Shown: positions 1-10,116 of the stretch, one piece after another
How the letters are laid out: each line of letters begins with the position of its first letter
Position numbering within the stretch: position 1 is the first letter of the stretch
Assembly: GCA_946803585.1 (NCBI GenBank)
Contig: CAMPEQ010000010.1
Coordinates: 143,052-207,051 of the forward strand
Length of the DNA: 64,000 nt
Direction: 5' to 3'
DNA from: an uncultured Actinomycetes bacterium
GTDB taxonomy: Bacteria; Actinomycetota; Actinomycetes; S36-B12; UBA10799
Notes under the pieces: generated by a model
The model's input: the letters and a program-made list of their open reading frames with translations, nothing else
Told to the model about the DNA's origin: nothing
The model's database searches: none
Translations under genes and position numbers: made by a program

Positions 1-606
1 GAGATCACCAAGAAGTCGAGCCGGGCGACAATCGAGAAGTTGCAGACCAGTCTCGGATGGGCAGGCTACGAGTGGCTATGGGTTACCGGCGTCATGGATG
101 GCGGCACCAAACTCGCCCTCGAAATGCTGCAGGGTAAGTACCTTCTACCAGTAACCGGCAAGGCTGACGCGAAGACCGTCAAGCAACTTGCAGCGGTCGC
201 CGGAGACGGCAAGCTTGACCCTCGATGCCTCGGCGACGGTGTGACCTTGTGTGTCAGCAAGGACCAGCGCGTCACGCGGTATGTCAAGAACGGCAAGGTC
301 CTCAAGACCCTCAACACGAACTTCGGTCCAGAGAAGGGCCACCCCAAGTTCGGGATGTACAGCGCCACTCGCGAGGGTGTGTTCCACACCTTCGATCGAC
401 AAGAGAGCGCAGTGTCGACCCTCTACGGTTACGTGATGCCGTTCTGGATGGGCTTTGATGGTGGTATCGGCTTCCACTACTCCTCCTACTTCGATGAGAC
501 TGGATACATCGACACATCGATGGGGTGCACCACGATCGATGACTACGCCGGAATGAAGTGGCTCTACGACAACAGCCCGCTGGGCACTAAGGTTGTCGTC
601 TACTAA
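1..606 (+). CDS. L,D-transpeptidase family protein (peptidoglycan-binding repeat plus YkuD-like catalytic domain); 5' end lies outside the window
   Basis: Frame 1 is open from base 1 (EITKKSSRATIEKLQTSLGW...). The C-terminus GIGFHYS...TSMGCTT has the His/Cys YkuD arrangement. The C-terminal half is roughly 60% identical to the paralog at 1798..2643. Confidence 0.75.
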   Translation, partial: EITKKSSRATIEKLQTSLGWAGYEWLWVTGVMDGGTKLALEMLQGKYLLPVTGKADAKTVKQLAAVAGDGKLDPRCLGDGVTLCVSKDQRVTRYVKNGKVLKTLNTNFGPEKGHPKFGMYSATREGVFHTFDRQESAVSTLYGYVMPFWMGFDGGIGFHYSSYFDETGYIDTSMGCTTIDDYAGMKWLYDNSPLGTKVVVY

Positions 607-636
607 CTGTCTACTACTCATCGAGGTCGTGCCGAG

Positions 637-1596
637 ATGTCCATCGAGAGCAACGTCGCCGCACTAGCCGCCGCAGACAAAGTCATCACCGACGGCGGGA
701 TCGAGACCTGGATCGATTTCAGGTCCGACTATGAACTGCCCGACATTGGGACCGTCAGCATGCTCGACAGTGGTGCTGGCCGAGCAGTCCTCATTGATCT
801 GGAATCGCGCTACATCGCTGCTGCCCGGGAGAATGACCTCCCGATCGTCATTGGCACGCCTAGCTGGCATGCCTCCCAGCACCGACTACAGGCAGCTAAG
901 TACCCCGCCTCTGCTGTCGAGAGACTGAATCGCAGTGCGGTCTGGCTGGCGCGCGGGCTACGACGAGAAGTAGCTCAAGGCAACGGGTTCGTTGCTGGAG
1001 TTCTCGGGCCGTTTGGTGATGGCTACGATCCGGGCGCAGGTCTGGACTCGACCCAAGCGCGCATCATGCACCAGCGGCAGGTGGAGGCACTGTCGACCGC
1101 AGGAGCTGACTTTCTGTTTGCAGTACCACTACCGGCAGTAAATGAGGCCGTCGGCATATGTCTAGCGATGGCCGACACCGAGTCCGCTTACGTCCCTAGC
1201 TTCCTACTCGACGAGTCAGGGCGACTACCAGATGGCACCGCCCTCGGTGAGGCCATCGGGCGGGTTCTCGACGAGGTCTCACGACCACCCCTGCACATCG
1301 CTGTCTCGTGCGTCCACCCACGAGTGTTCACCACCGCATACCGCAATGCGCAAGATCTACCCGGAGCTCACAACCTCGAGCTGATCGCTCAACTCAAGGC
1401 CAATGCTTCTGACCGACCACGGGCTGAACTGGACGGGTCGATGGAGCTCCACGCAGACGAGCCAGAGCAGTGGGCAGCAGAGATGATCGCGGCGCGGGAG
1501 ACGGCTAACCTGCGGATCCTCGGCGGCTGCTGCGGGACAGACGAGTCCCATATTGCTGCGCTCTCGCGGCAACTGGCGGCCGCCGACTCCTTGTGA
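637..1596 (+). CDS. homocysteine S-methyltransferase family protein
   Basis: 319 aa. The C-terminal GGCCGTDESHIAAL is the zinc-binding Cys motif of the homocysteine S-methyltransferase fold. ATG start lies 30 nt after the upstream stop. Confidence 0.8.
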   Translation: MSIESNVAALAAADKVITDGGIETWIDFRSDYELPDIGTVSMLDSGAGRAVLIDLESRYIAAARENDLPIVIGTPSWHASQHRLQAAKYPASAVERLNRSAVWLARGLRREVAQGNGFVAGVLGPFGDGYDPGAGLDSTQARIMHQRQVEALSTAGADFLFAVPLPAVNEAVGICLAMADTESAYVPSFLLDESGRLPDGTALGEAIGRVLDEVSRPPLHIAVSCVHPRVFTTAYRNAQDLPGAHNLELIAQLKANASDRPRAELDGSMELHADEPEQWAAEMIAARETANLRILGGCCGTDESHIAALSRQLAAADSL

Positions 1597-1797
1597 TGCT
1601 GCTCACCCCAGCACCAATGTCCGAAATGTTCCTCTAGCTTAGAGGTAGCTCACGAGAGTAAGTGAGCGGTAAGCCCGGTCTTATCGAAGCACCAATGTGT
1701 GCTTCTTGCCGACATCCGTCGGCGAACTCAGTGAGAACCCTGCACAACCACTGCAGCTGGACTCCGTAGCCGGGCGCATACGGCATTAAGAAAGCAA

Positions 1798-2643
1798 ATG
1801 ACCGAGAGGTTGTCGTTTATCGTGCATGTCTCGAACCTAAAACCACGCCATCCGGCTGCGATCATCGCCTTTGGCGCCATGTTAGGCATCGTCGGACTAT
1901 CCGTCGCTGAGACCTCACCTGCCTGGGGAACGGCCGAACAAGGTGCACCCCTGAGCCAGGTTGTCACAGAGACCGCCGCCCGACTTGTCGTGTCCACTAC
2001 CCCGGCAGCACAGACTGTTTCTCCCCTACCGGCAGAAGCAGTGAGCGAGACTTCCAGCTCGGAGCTAATCGCCGCCCTCACGACTCGCCTGCAGTGGGTA
2101 GGCAGCCTGGATTCGGCAACTAGTGAGTGGTCACCCGCAATCAACGCCGCTGTCAAGAACTTCCAAGAGAAGCAAGGCCTGAAGAAATCAGGCACAGCCG
2201 ATGCCACGACCGTCACCGCCCTTATCAAGGTCGCTGGAGACGGGACAATCGACCCACGCTGCCTGCAAGCCGGTGTGCGCCTCTGTGTCGATAAGTCGCA
2301 GAAAGTCACCCGCTACGTGAAGGACGGCGTCGTCCTGCGCGTTATGGACACCAATATTGGCCCCGAGAAGGGCGATAAGAACTTCAAGCGGTACAGCAGC
2401 ACGCGAGAAGGCGTCAGCAAGATCGGCGGCAAGCAGGTTCATTCCGTTTCGACCCTGTACGGCTACTCGATGCCGTACTGGATGCAGTTCGATGGCGGGA
2501 TCGGCTTCCACTTCTCCAAGTACTTCTCCCAGACTGGGTACAAGGACACCTCGATGGGCTGCACCACGTTGCGCAGTAAGGCCGACGCCAAGTGGCTCTA
2601 CAAGAACACCCCCAAGGGCACAAAGGTCGTCGTCTACAGCTAG
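1798..2643 (+). CDS. L,D-transpeptidase family protein with N-terminal signal/TM segment and peptidoglycan-binding domain
   Basis: Hydrophobic N-terminus (AAIIAFGAMLGIVGLSVA). PG-binding-like LQWVGSLD...AVKNFQEKQGLKKSGTADATT. YkuD-like GIGFHFS...TSMGCTT. Confidence 0.8.
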   Translation: MTERLSFIVHVSNLKPRHPAAIIAFGAMLGIVGLSVAETSPAWGTAEQGAPLSQVVTETAARLVVSTTPAAQTVSPLPAEAVSETSSSELIAALTTRLQWVGSLDSATSEWSPAINAAVKNFQEKQGLKKSGTADATTVTALIKVAGDGTIDPRCLQAGVRLCVDKSQKVTRYVKDGVVLRVMDTNIGPEKGDKNFKRYSSTREGVSKIGGKQVHSVSTLYGYSMPYWMQFDGGIGFHFSKYFSQTGYKDTSMGCTTLRSKADAKWLYKNTPKGTKVVVYS

Positions 2644-2723
2644 GTCTGCCCTAGTGCACGCTGTTGGGCTATCGCCACCCACCCGAACAGCGCCAACCAC
2701 CGCATTGCGGTTGTATTGAGCCC

Positions 2724-3599
2724 ATGAAGGTCGAACTCGCTCTAGCCGCGCGGGCAGAGCACGCTGAAGGCCCAATTTGGGATAGCGAGGCCGGAGTCCT
2801 TTGGTGGGTCGACATCACCGGACACCGGGTTCATTGCTTTGACCCCGCCTCCCATCGGGATTGCTCCTGGGACACCGGGTGCGACGTTGGCGCTGTCGCC
2901 TTGGCCTCTGGCGGCCAGATAATCCTGGCGGTTCCCAACGGGTTCGCTCAGCTCAATCCCGATACCGGCGCGCTGATCCCCCTTGCGGACGTAGAAGCAG
3001 ACCTACCTGAGAACCGCACTAACGACGCCAAGTGCGACTCAGCCGGACGACTCTGGGTTGGGACGATGGCCTACGACCGTCGCGAGGGCCATGCAGGGCT
3101 CTACCGCATGTCAGGTGACTTGGACGTCCTCGAGGTTGCCTCAGACCTGACAATCGTCAACGGTCCCGCTTTTGACGATGAGCGCGGGCGGATGTACTTG
3201 GCCGATACCGGGGCTGGCCTCGTGTATTGCTACGAGTTCGATCCCAAGTCTGGAGATATCGGCGATCGCCGAGTCTTCGTTGATCTATCCGCCAGCGGAG
3301 GCTGGCCAGACGGAATGACAGTGGATGAGGCCGGAGGGCTTTGGGTGGCGGTAGGTCGAAACTCCGCAGTACATCGATACCTGCCAACCGGACAACACCA
3401 AGAGTCGATCAAGCTTCCCGTTACCAATCCAACTAGCGTTGCCTTTGGCGGCCCTGACGGGTCGGACCTCTACATCACGACCTCGTGGTTCGACCTGTCG
3501 GAGCAAGAGCGAACTGAACAACCGCTCGCTGGCAGCCTCTTTGTCACCTCACCGGGGGTCGCGGGCGCAGCAGCAAACAGATTCGCATGGAATCGCTAG
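2724..3599 (+). CDS. SMP-30/gluconolactonase/LRE family protein
   Basis: Internal ATG at 2724 (MKVELALAARAEHAEGPIWD...). EGPIWD, WWVDI and PDGMTVD motifs are typical of the six-bladed propeller lactonase family. The track ORF start at 2664 is probably an over-extension. Confidence 0.8.
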   Translation: MKVELALAARAEHAEGPIWDSEAGVLWWVDITGHRVHCFDPASHRDCSWDTGCDVGAVALASGGQIILAVPNGFAQLNPDTGALIPLADVEADLPENRTNDAKCDSAGRLWVGTMAYDRREGHAGLYRMSGDLDVLEVASDLTIVNGPAFDDERGRMYLADTGAGLVYCYEFDPKSGDIGDRRVFVDLSASGGWPDGMTVDEAGGLWVAVGRNSAVHRYLPTGQHQESIKLPVTNPTSVAFGGPDGSDLYITTSWFDLSEQERTEQPLAGSLFVTSPGVAGAAANRFAWNR

Positions 3600-3638
3600 C
3601 TTGCAAGGTTCGCCACGTACCGGCACCGACCAGAGACT

Positions 3639-3675
3639 GAGTTGGCCCCCGCCTCAAAGAGACAGGGGCCAACTC
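3639..3675. terminator. bidirectional hairpin between convergent genes
   Basis: Perfect 11-bp inverted repeat GAGTTGGCCCC(15 nt)GGGGCCAACTC in the 93-bp gap between the lactonase (+) and pckG (-). Confidence 0.6.
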
Positions 3676-3692
3676 AAGAAACTCGTGCTGGG

Positions 3693-5510
3693 CTAGGCCT
3701 GCAGGCGCCCACGCAACGCGTTGAGCTGTTCAGTCATCTCGGCAGGTAGCCGATCACCGAACTTCTCGAAGTACTCCTGCGTTAGGTCAGCTTCGGCCAA
3801 CCAGGTGGCTGGGTCTACCTCGAATAGCTCGACGAGTTGTTCATCGGTCAGGTCAAGGCCGTCAACGTCGAGGTCACCGGCAACCGGACGACGTCCGATG
3901 GCGGTGTCCTCCGCCTCGAGGTTGCCTTCGATCCGCTCAATAATCCAAGCGATAACCCTGGAGTTATCGCCGAACCCTGGCCAGATGTACTTACCGTCAG
4001 CGTCCTTGCGGAACCAGTTCACTTGGTAGATCTTGGGGAGCTTGTCGGCGTCAGTACTCTGGCCGACCTTCAACCAGTGACCCCAGTAGGAAGCCATGTT
4101 GTAGCCGCAGAAGGGCAGCATCGCGAACGGATCGCGACGAAGCGCTCCGACAGTTCCCTCGGCAGCAGCAGTCTGTTCCGAAGCGATCGTCGCCCCGATA
4201 AACACGCCGTGTTCCCAACTCAGTGACTCGTTGACCAGCGGAACGTTCGTCGCCCGTCGCCCACCGAAGAGGATGGCCGAGATCGGCACACCTTTTGGGT
4301 TCTCCCACTCTTCGGCAATCGAGGGACACTGACCGGCTGGAGTCGTGAAGCGAGAGTTCGGGTGTGAGCTCGGCTCATCGGACTCCGGGGTCCAGTCGCG
4401 GCCCTTCCAGTCAATTAGGTGGTCGGGGGCTTCCTTGGTCATGCCCTCCCACCACACATCGCCATCATCTGTCATCGCGACGTTGGTGAAGATCGAGTTA
4501 CCCGGATCGAGAGTCTTGATCGCATTTGCGTTCGTGTTCATCCCCGTACCTGGCGCGACACCGAAGAAGCCCGCCTCAGGGTTGATTGCGTAGAGACGAC
4601 CGTCGTCGCCAAAGCGCATCCACGCGATGTCATCACCAACGGTCTCGACCTTCCAACCCGGAAGGGTTGGCTCCAGCATCGCGAGGTTCGTCTTACCGCA
4701 AGCGGATGGGAACGCAGCCGTGATGTACCGAACTGCGCCTTCCGGCGAGGTTAGCTTCAGAATGAGCATGTGCTCAGCGAGCCAGCCTTCATCGCGAGCC
4801 ATCGCCGATGCAATCCGCAGTGCGAAGCACTTCTTACCCAACAGCGCGTTGCCGCCATAACCCGATCCGTAGGACCAGATCTCGCGTGACTCAGGGAAGT
4901 GGACGATGTACTTGGTATCGCTACACGGCCACGCGACGTCAGCTTCACCCTCAGCCAGCGGAGCGCCAACTGAGTGAAGCGCTGGCACGAAGTCGCCGTC
5001 CTCACCAATGAGGTCGAGTGCTGCCTGACCCATTCGCGTCATGATCCGCATATTGACCACAACGTAGGGGGAATCAGTCAGTTCCACTCCGAGCTGCGAG
5101 ATTCGTGAACCCAGCGGTCCCATGGAGAACGGCACGACGTACATCGTGCGGCCCTTCATCGAGCCGGCAAAGAGCTCTTTGAGTTCTTCGCGCATCTCGA
5201 ACGGATCGCGCCAGTTGTTCGTCGGGCCGGCATCGGCCTCGTTCAGGGAGCAGATGTAGGTGCGGTCTTCAACGCGAGCGACGTCTGAAGGATTCGACCG
5301 GGCCAGAAATGAGTTTGGGCGCTTGTCGGCATTGAGCCGGGTGAAGGTCCCACCATCGACGAGCACCTGAGTGAGCCGGTCCCACTCCCCCTGCGAACCG
5401 TCACACCATTCAACTCGGTCTGGCTGAGTTAGCTGCGCGACCTCATTTACCCACTCGATGAGCTTCTTATTCTTAGTTGGCATGGCATCCAGGCCAGGGA
5501 TTGTCGTCAT
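3693..5510 (-). CDS. pckG: phosphoenolpyruvate carboxykinase (GTP)
   Basis: About 605 aa from [16 protein letters not shown]. Family-typical segments [35 protein letters not shown] and YFGGRR-like [11 protein letters not shown]. The track ORF (to 5651) over-extends the N-terminus. Confidence 0.95.
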   Translation of the reverse strand: MTTIPGLDAMPTKNKKLIEWVNEVAQLTQPDRVEWCDGSQGEWDRLTQVLVDGGTFTRLNADKRPNSFLARSNPSDVARVEDRTYICSLNEADAGPTNNWRDPFEMREELKELFAGSMKGRTMYVVPFSMGPLGSRISQLGVELTDSPYVVVNMRIMTRMGQAALDLIGEDGDFVPALHSVGAPLAEGEADVAWPCSDTKYIVHFPESREIWSYGSGYGGNALLGKKCFALRIASAMARDEGWLAEHMLILKLTSPEGAVRYITAAFPSACGKTNLAMLEPTLPGWKVETVGDDIAWMRFGDDGRLYAINPEAGFFGVAPGTGMNTNANAIKTLDPGNSIFTNVAMTDDGDVWWEGMTKEAPDHLIDWKGRDWTPESDEPSSHPNSRFTTPAGQCPSIAEEWENPKGVPISAILFGGRRATNVPLVNESLSWEHGVFIGATIASEQTAAAEGTVGALRRDPFAMLPFCGYNMASYWGHWLKVGQSTDADKLPKIYQVNWFRKDADGKYIWPGFGDNSRVIAWIIERIEGNLEAEDTAIGRRPVAGDLDVDGLDLTDEQLVELFEVDPATWLAEADLTQEYFEKFGDRLPAEMTEQLNALRGRLQA

Positions 5511-5794
5511 ATTCGCGCTCCTACCCTCGTTCGCGCGTCTTTCGCGCGTCACGTTTCCCCGACGAGCGATAGCCGAGGCGATCTGAGATAGCCGGAACAC
5601 CCTAGATGGTGCTCGAACTACGTCAAGAAATGGCGTCGGCGACCCTTGCAAACGTCGGGCCTACTAGTAATAAGGGTGCCCTATCGCCTAACGCGCACCG
5701 TCAGCGGGTCGCCCCGAACAACCTGCTGTGTAACGGCGATCACATGACCAGCAGCGCGCAATCCAGGTACTCCCCGCGGAGTGGACTTGAGCCT

Positions 5795-6391
5795 TTAGTT
5801 GGCTAGGAGCTTCGCCTTTTGATCGCTGAACTCCTCTTGGGTCAAGATGCCTTCGTCTCGCAACTTGGCAAGCTCGCGCAACTGGCTGGAGAGGTCTGGC
5901 TTGGCCGACGTCGCACCACTATGGCTAGCCGACGCTGCGGGCGGTGGCGAGGCTGAGTGAGGCGCAGCAGCCGAGTGCGACTGCGCGGCTACGGGTGGCG
6001 GCGATGAAGAAGGGGGCGGTGAGGCAGACGGTGGCGGCGACTGACTCCCCGAAGGAGCAGGTGAGGATTGCGCACCGTTTGCCGGAGCGGGGCCTTGTTG
6101 TGTCGGCGCGGTCGATTTTGGCGGAGCGGAGACCTCATCAATGACGGCCTTGCCTTGCTCTGCAACATCCTGCGCGACGGACTTGACTCGATCCATCCAT
6201 CCACCGCCGGATGATGGATTGGCCGGTTGCGGTGCTGGAGAGACTGGTGACGGCGGTGGCGCATCTTCGGCAAGTGGCTCAGCCCCTGCGACACCAGCAT
6301 TGGCGATGTGGTCGGTCCAGCTAGACCCGTCCCAGTACCTCACTTGGTGGCGCCCCGAGGGATCGGGATACCAGTCTGCGGACATTGCCAT
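5795..6391 (-). CDS. DUF2510 (N-terminal) / Pro-Ser-Ala-rich linker / SHOCT (C-terminal) protein
   Basis: Start at MAMSADWYPDPSGRHQVRYWDGSSWTDH (DUF2510 signature). C-terminus LRELAKLRDEGILTQEEFSDQKAKLLAN is a SHOCT motif. The middle is a low-complexity P/S/A tract. Confidence 0.7.
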   Translation of the reverse strand: MAMSADWYPDPSGRHQVRYWDGSSWTDHIANAGVAGAEPLAEDAPPPSPVSPAPQPANPSSGGGWMDRVKSVAQDVAEQGKAVIDEVSAPPKSTAPTQQGPAPANGAQSSPAPSGSQSPPPSASPPPSSSPPPVAAQSHSAAAPHSASPPPAASASHSGATSAKPDLSSQLRELAKLRDEGILTQEEFSDQKAKLLAN

Positions 6392-6593
6392 CGTGACCTC
6401 CGAATTGCCTGAATGTTGATTGCTCTCTGACCTTAGCCGCTCGGCTGCGGACGCGCTGATTCGCTGTCCGCAACAGGGTGTTCGACTGGTTGCCTTGCCG
6501 CTCTTGATCGGCGTATTGTCCATACTGTCTCGGTGCGCCCCACGCACCGCCCACGCAGTTCGCCACGCCGGGCTGCCAAACCGGAGGTACCCC

Positions 6594-7358
6594 GTGGTTG
6601 AGATTCGCCCCTTCCATCTGTTCCCAACATTCGAGACCGTCGAAGAAGAACGCCTGCACCGCAAACAACGACTGGCCGCCGGTTTTAGGCTCTTTGCGAA
6701 GTTTGGCTATGACGAAGGAACAGCCGGACACATCACGGCTCGCGACCCCGAGTTCCCGGATCGCTTCTGGGTGAACCCGTTTGGCCTCGATTTTGCCGCA
6801 ATCAAAGCCAGCGATCTGATCTGCATCGACGAGTCCGGTGAGATCGTCGAGGGCGACCGCCCGCTAAATGCAGCGGCATTCGCGATCCATGCCCAGATCC
6901 ACCAAGCCCGCCCGGAAGCAGTCGCGGCAGCCCACAGCCACTCAATGCACGGCAAGGCCCTGGCATCAATGCACGAGACGATCTGGCCGATTACCCAGGA
7001 TTCCTGTGCCTTCTACAACGACTGTGCCCTACTTGATGACTTCACCGGCGTCGTCCTAGACGTCGAGGAAGGTAAGCGAATCGCGGCGACTCTCGGCGAT
7101 AAGAAGGCCATCATCCTGGCGAATCACGGTCCTTTGACAGTGGGAACTTCCGTCGAGTCAGCTGTCTGGTGGTTCATCACCCTCGATCGCAGCGCGCAAG
7201 CTCAACTCATCGCAATGGCAGCAGGGGGACCAAAGCTGATCGACGACGAGAACGCGGCGATCACCTACAACCAGATCGGTAACGAGCTCGCAGGTTGGTT
7301 CCAAGCGCTGCCGATGTTTGACCGGATCATTAAGGAACAACCCGACCTCCTGGGTTAG
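6594..7358 (+). CDS. class II aldolase/adducin family protein
   Basis: GTG at 6594 is preceded by GGAGG with a 6-nt spacer and gives about 254 aa. TAGHITARDP, HSHSMHGKA and ANHGPLTVG are typical of the family. The track start 6420 is likely an over-extension. Confidence 0.75.
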   Translation: MVEIRPFHLFPTFETVEEERLHRKQRLAAGFRLFAKFGYDEGTAGHITARDPEFPDRFWVNPFGLDFAAIKASDLICIDESGEIVEGDRPLNAAAFAIHAQIHQARPEAVAAAHSHSMHGKALASMHETIWPITQDSCAFYNDCALLDDFTGVVLDVEEGKRIAATLGDKKAIILANHGPLTVGTSVESAVWWFITLDRSAQAQLIAMAAGGPKLIDDENAAITYNQIGNELAGWFQALPMFDRIIKEQPDLLG

Positions 7359-8170
7359 GAGTAGCCGGGCGCCAACCTCATCGACATTGCCGCCCGCAAG
7401 GCGGTCTTTGCCAGATGAATATGGGTCGCGAACGAGTTCCGGGCAGCGGTCACGCGGACTCGGAACACGTCGTTGGTGTCGGTGGTCGCATTGCGGAATA
7501 TCCGGTGTGCGGCCTCTGCGCCGTCAGCATGTGTCGCATTTACCAGCGATGCGCGCAGCTCGGATCGGGCATCACGCGCATCTGTGCGCATAACCCTGCG
7601 GGCAGCGCGCACCTGCGCTTGGTAGGCCGCTGAAGCAATATGGACGGCGTGCTCGTAGCGAGCGGTCGCGATCGTCGATGCGCTAGCGCCCGCTGCCACT
7701 AAGTACTCAACCCGGGCGGACTCAACGGCAGCGATGTAGGCGGCGTGGGCACTATCCAACGCTTCATCGCGCACAACCTTTGCGGGCAGGATTGCCTCGC
7801 CGAACTCCTGGGCAGCTGCCCTACGCACTGGTCGTGCTTGCAATGCAGCATCAGCACCACTCCCAGTCCTATCGCTGCGCTTGTGCACATGCACCGCGAC
7901 TGCCGCCCGGAACGTCTGGTGAGCGCTGCTGGCCGCCTGCTCTAGTTGCCGTCGCGCCAACCGCAGCGCGCTTTGAAATCGACGACTCGCATGTCGACGG
8001 TCGACACTACGGGGCGCCTGAGCCACAACGGCTGGCACCGGTGGTGAGACCTGCGTGGCCTGGGCGAGTCCGGGCGCACCGGCGAGCATCAACGACGCGG
8101 CGGCGCTCGCCGACAGCACATGTTTGGTCGACAACAATCTGAGCTGCTGATTCGTCGTATCTGAAGCCAC
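7355..8170 (-). CDS. hypothetical secreted Ala-rich helical protein
   Basis: 271-aa ORF with a signal-like N-terminus (SAAAASLMLAGAPGLAQA). No recognisable catalytic motif. Confidence 0.45.
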   Translation of the reverse strand: MASDTTNQQLRLLSTKHVLSASAAASLMLAGAPGLAQATQVSPPVPAVVAQAPRSVDRRHASRRFQSALRLARRQLEQAASSAHQTFRAAVAVHVHKRSDRTGSGADAALQARPVRRAAAQEFGEAILPAKVVRDEALDSAHAAYIAAVESARVEYLVAAGASASTIATARYEHAVHIASAAYQAQVRAARRVMRTDARDARSELRASLVNATHADGAEAAHRIFRNATTDTNDVFRVRVTAARNSFATHIHLAKTALRAAMSMRLAPGYS

Positions 8171-8299
8171 GCTCCACTTTCACCCTGATCTCAGCCTCAT
8201 GCAACGGGCAAATCGGACACAGCGCGGGAATTGATCCAGCCTTTACCTTCCGTTTCATTTTGCTGCGAGGTTCAGCACTGGCAGTGAGAGAATCGGCTC

Positions 8300-10009
8300 G
8301 TGTCTGCACCCACCCTGAGTCCGAGCGTCACGCAGCCCCCGAGTCCCCCCGACCCACAGGCGCTCCTCGCGCATCGACCGGGGTGGTCCCTGGCGGGAGT
8401 TCTCCTAGGAAGTCTCGGCTACGTCGCATCAATGACCCCCACCCTTCTACCCCGAACCCTCGCGACCCAATTGATCGCATCGGTCTTGGTAGTTATGACC
8501 TTGTATGCGCTCGGCGCTATCGGACAAGGCCTCGCAGCCGTCATTCACCAGCGAATTCTCAGGCGTCCGGAGTTCAGACACCGGCCACGAGCACGCCTCG
8601 TCGCGAGCCTGGTGGCGATCATTCTTGCGGCGACGGCAACGTTCCAGGGCGTGGCATGGCAACGAGAACAATTCATGGAGACGGGAGTACCAGGCGACCC
8701 CGGCTCCCCAGCATTGGTCATCTTCGCCACGATCGCCGGGTGCATCTGCGTGTTATACATTTCTCGCGGCCTGCGTGCGCTCGGACGAGCAGTCGCACGG
8801 CGCATCGCGGTGCACTTCGCCCTCCCTACAGCGATTCCCACGGTGCTGGGCGGACTAGCGATCGTGGCAGCAGCTGCAGTTCTGCTAGCTCTCGGATTCT
8901 CTGCCAGCACCGTGATGTTCAACCGAATCAACGACTCCTCCGTTGGCCAGACGCAACCAACCTCACCGCTACGAAGCGGTAGTCCAGCCTCGCTAATAGG
9001 TTGGCAGTCGCTCGGTCACCAAGGTCGAGCCTTTGTCGAACAAGGCCCAACGTCGCAGGCCATCACCGCTGTGACCGACGAATCCGCGACTGACCCCATT
9101 CGTATCTACGCAGGATTGCAGTCCGCCGACAGCCTTCAAGCACAGGCGGCCATTGCGGTGGACGATCTTCGGCGGGCCGGCGGACTCGACCGCGGGTCGG
9201 TGGTTGTCTACACGCCATCGACCAATGGACTAGTGGATCCCACCGCGGCGGCGGCAGCGGAGTACGTGACAGGTGGCGATATCGCGTCTATCTCAATGCA
9301 ATACACGGTGCTTCCCTCCTCGATGTCGTTCCTGCTGAGTCAGTCGAGTTCACTAGATGCGGGAATACTCCTCTATGAAGCAGTCCGGACCGCGATCGAC
9401 CAGCTTCCTGAGCCTGAACGGCCCAAGCTCTATGTCTACGGAGAGAGCCTCGGTGCGTTCGGATCACAGGCACCGTTTGCCGGCGGGGGTATTGAGGGAT
9501 TCACCGAGCGGGCCGATGGCGCACTCTGGGCGGGGCCACCAGCCAATAGCACCTACTGGCAAGAGATCAGCGAGATGGCCACTAGCGGACCGGCCTGGCA
9601 ACCGATTGTGGACAACGGTCAGGTCTTTCGTTTTGCTGCCAATAGCCAGGGACTGAGTCAGCCTCCCAACCCGTGGGGAGCGAAGCGAGCCGTCTACCTT
9701 CAAAACGCAACTGACCCGGTCGTGTGGTGGAGCACCGACCTAGTCGCTGCCCGACCGGGCTGGCTCAGCGAGCCCAGAGGCCCAGATGTTCCAGCCGCTA
9801 TGCGCTGGTTTCCCCTACTCACGTTCGAACTGGTATTTGTCGATATGCCAGCTGCCGGGGCAATGCCGCCAGGGATCGGCCACAACTACCTCCCGAGCAT
9901 TGGGCCAGCCTGGATAGCGGTGATGCAGCCTAAGGAATGGTCGGCGGCCACAACATCTCGGATGCAAATGGCGCTCACCGCGAGCCTGGCCGCCGACAAG
10001 TCGTCCTAG
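8300..10009 (+). CDS. membrane-anchored alpha/beta-hydrolase family protein
   Basis: Several N-terminal TM segments followed by a hydrolase domain with nucleophile elbow GESLGAFGS. The architecture resembles the actinobacterial membrane alpha/beta-hydrolase (Abhydrolase_9-like) family. Confidence 0.7.
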   Translation: MSAPTLSPSVTQPPSPPDPQALLAHRPGWSLAGVLLGSLGYVASMTPTLLPRTLATQLIASVLVVMTLYALGAIGQGLAAVIHQRILRRPEFRHRPRARLVASLVAIILAATATFQGVAWQREQFMETGVPGDPGSPALVIFATIAGCICVLYISRGLRALGRAVARRIAVHFALPTAIPTVLGGLAIVAAAAVLLALGFSASTVMFNRINDSSVGQTQPTSPLRSGSPASLIGWQSLGHQGRAFVEQGPTSQAITAVTDESATDPIRIYAGLQSADSLQAQAAIAVDDLRRAGGLDRGSVVVYTPSTNGLVDPTAAAAAEYVTGGDIASISMQYTVLPSSMSFLLSQSSSLDAGILLYEAVRTAIDQLPEPERPKLYVYGESLGAFGSQAPFAGGGIEGFTERADGALWAGPPANSTYWQEISEMATSGPAWQPIVDNGQVFRFAANSQGLSQPPNPWGAKRAVYLQNATDPVVWWSTDLVAARPGWLSEPRGPDVPAAMRWFPLLTFELVFVDMPAAGAMPPGIGHNYLPSIGPAWIAVMQPKEWSAATTSRMQMALTASLAADKSS

Positions 10010-10116
10010 ATTGTCTGTCAGATTTGGGATCCGAACAGCGACTGGCAGCGTCAGATTGGTCAATATCTGGCGATTGATGCTCCGCACCGGTCCCACGAAC
10101 AGAAGGAGGCAAGGAG

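Noticed and set aside
1608-1700. 11-nt direct repeat AGCACCAATGT (near 1608 and 1689) between the methyltransferase and the second Ldt gene
   Set aside because: There are only two short copies with no associated secondary structure or known motif, so it could easily be chance.
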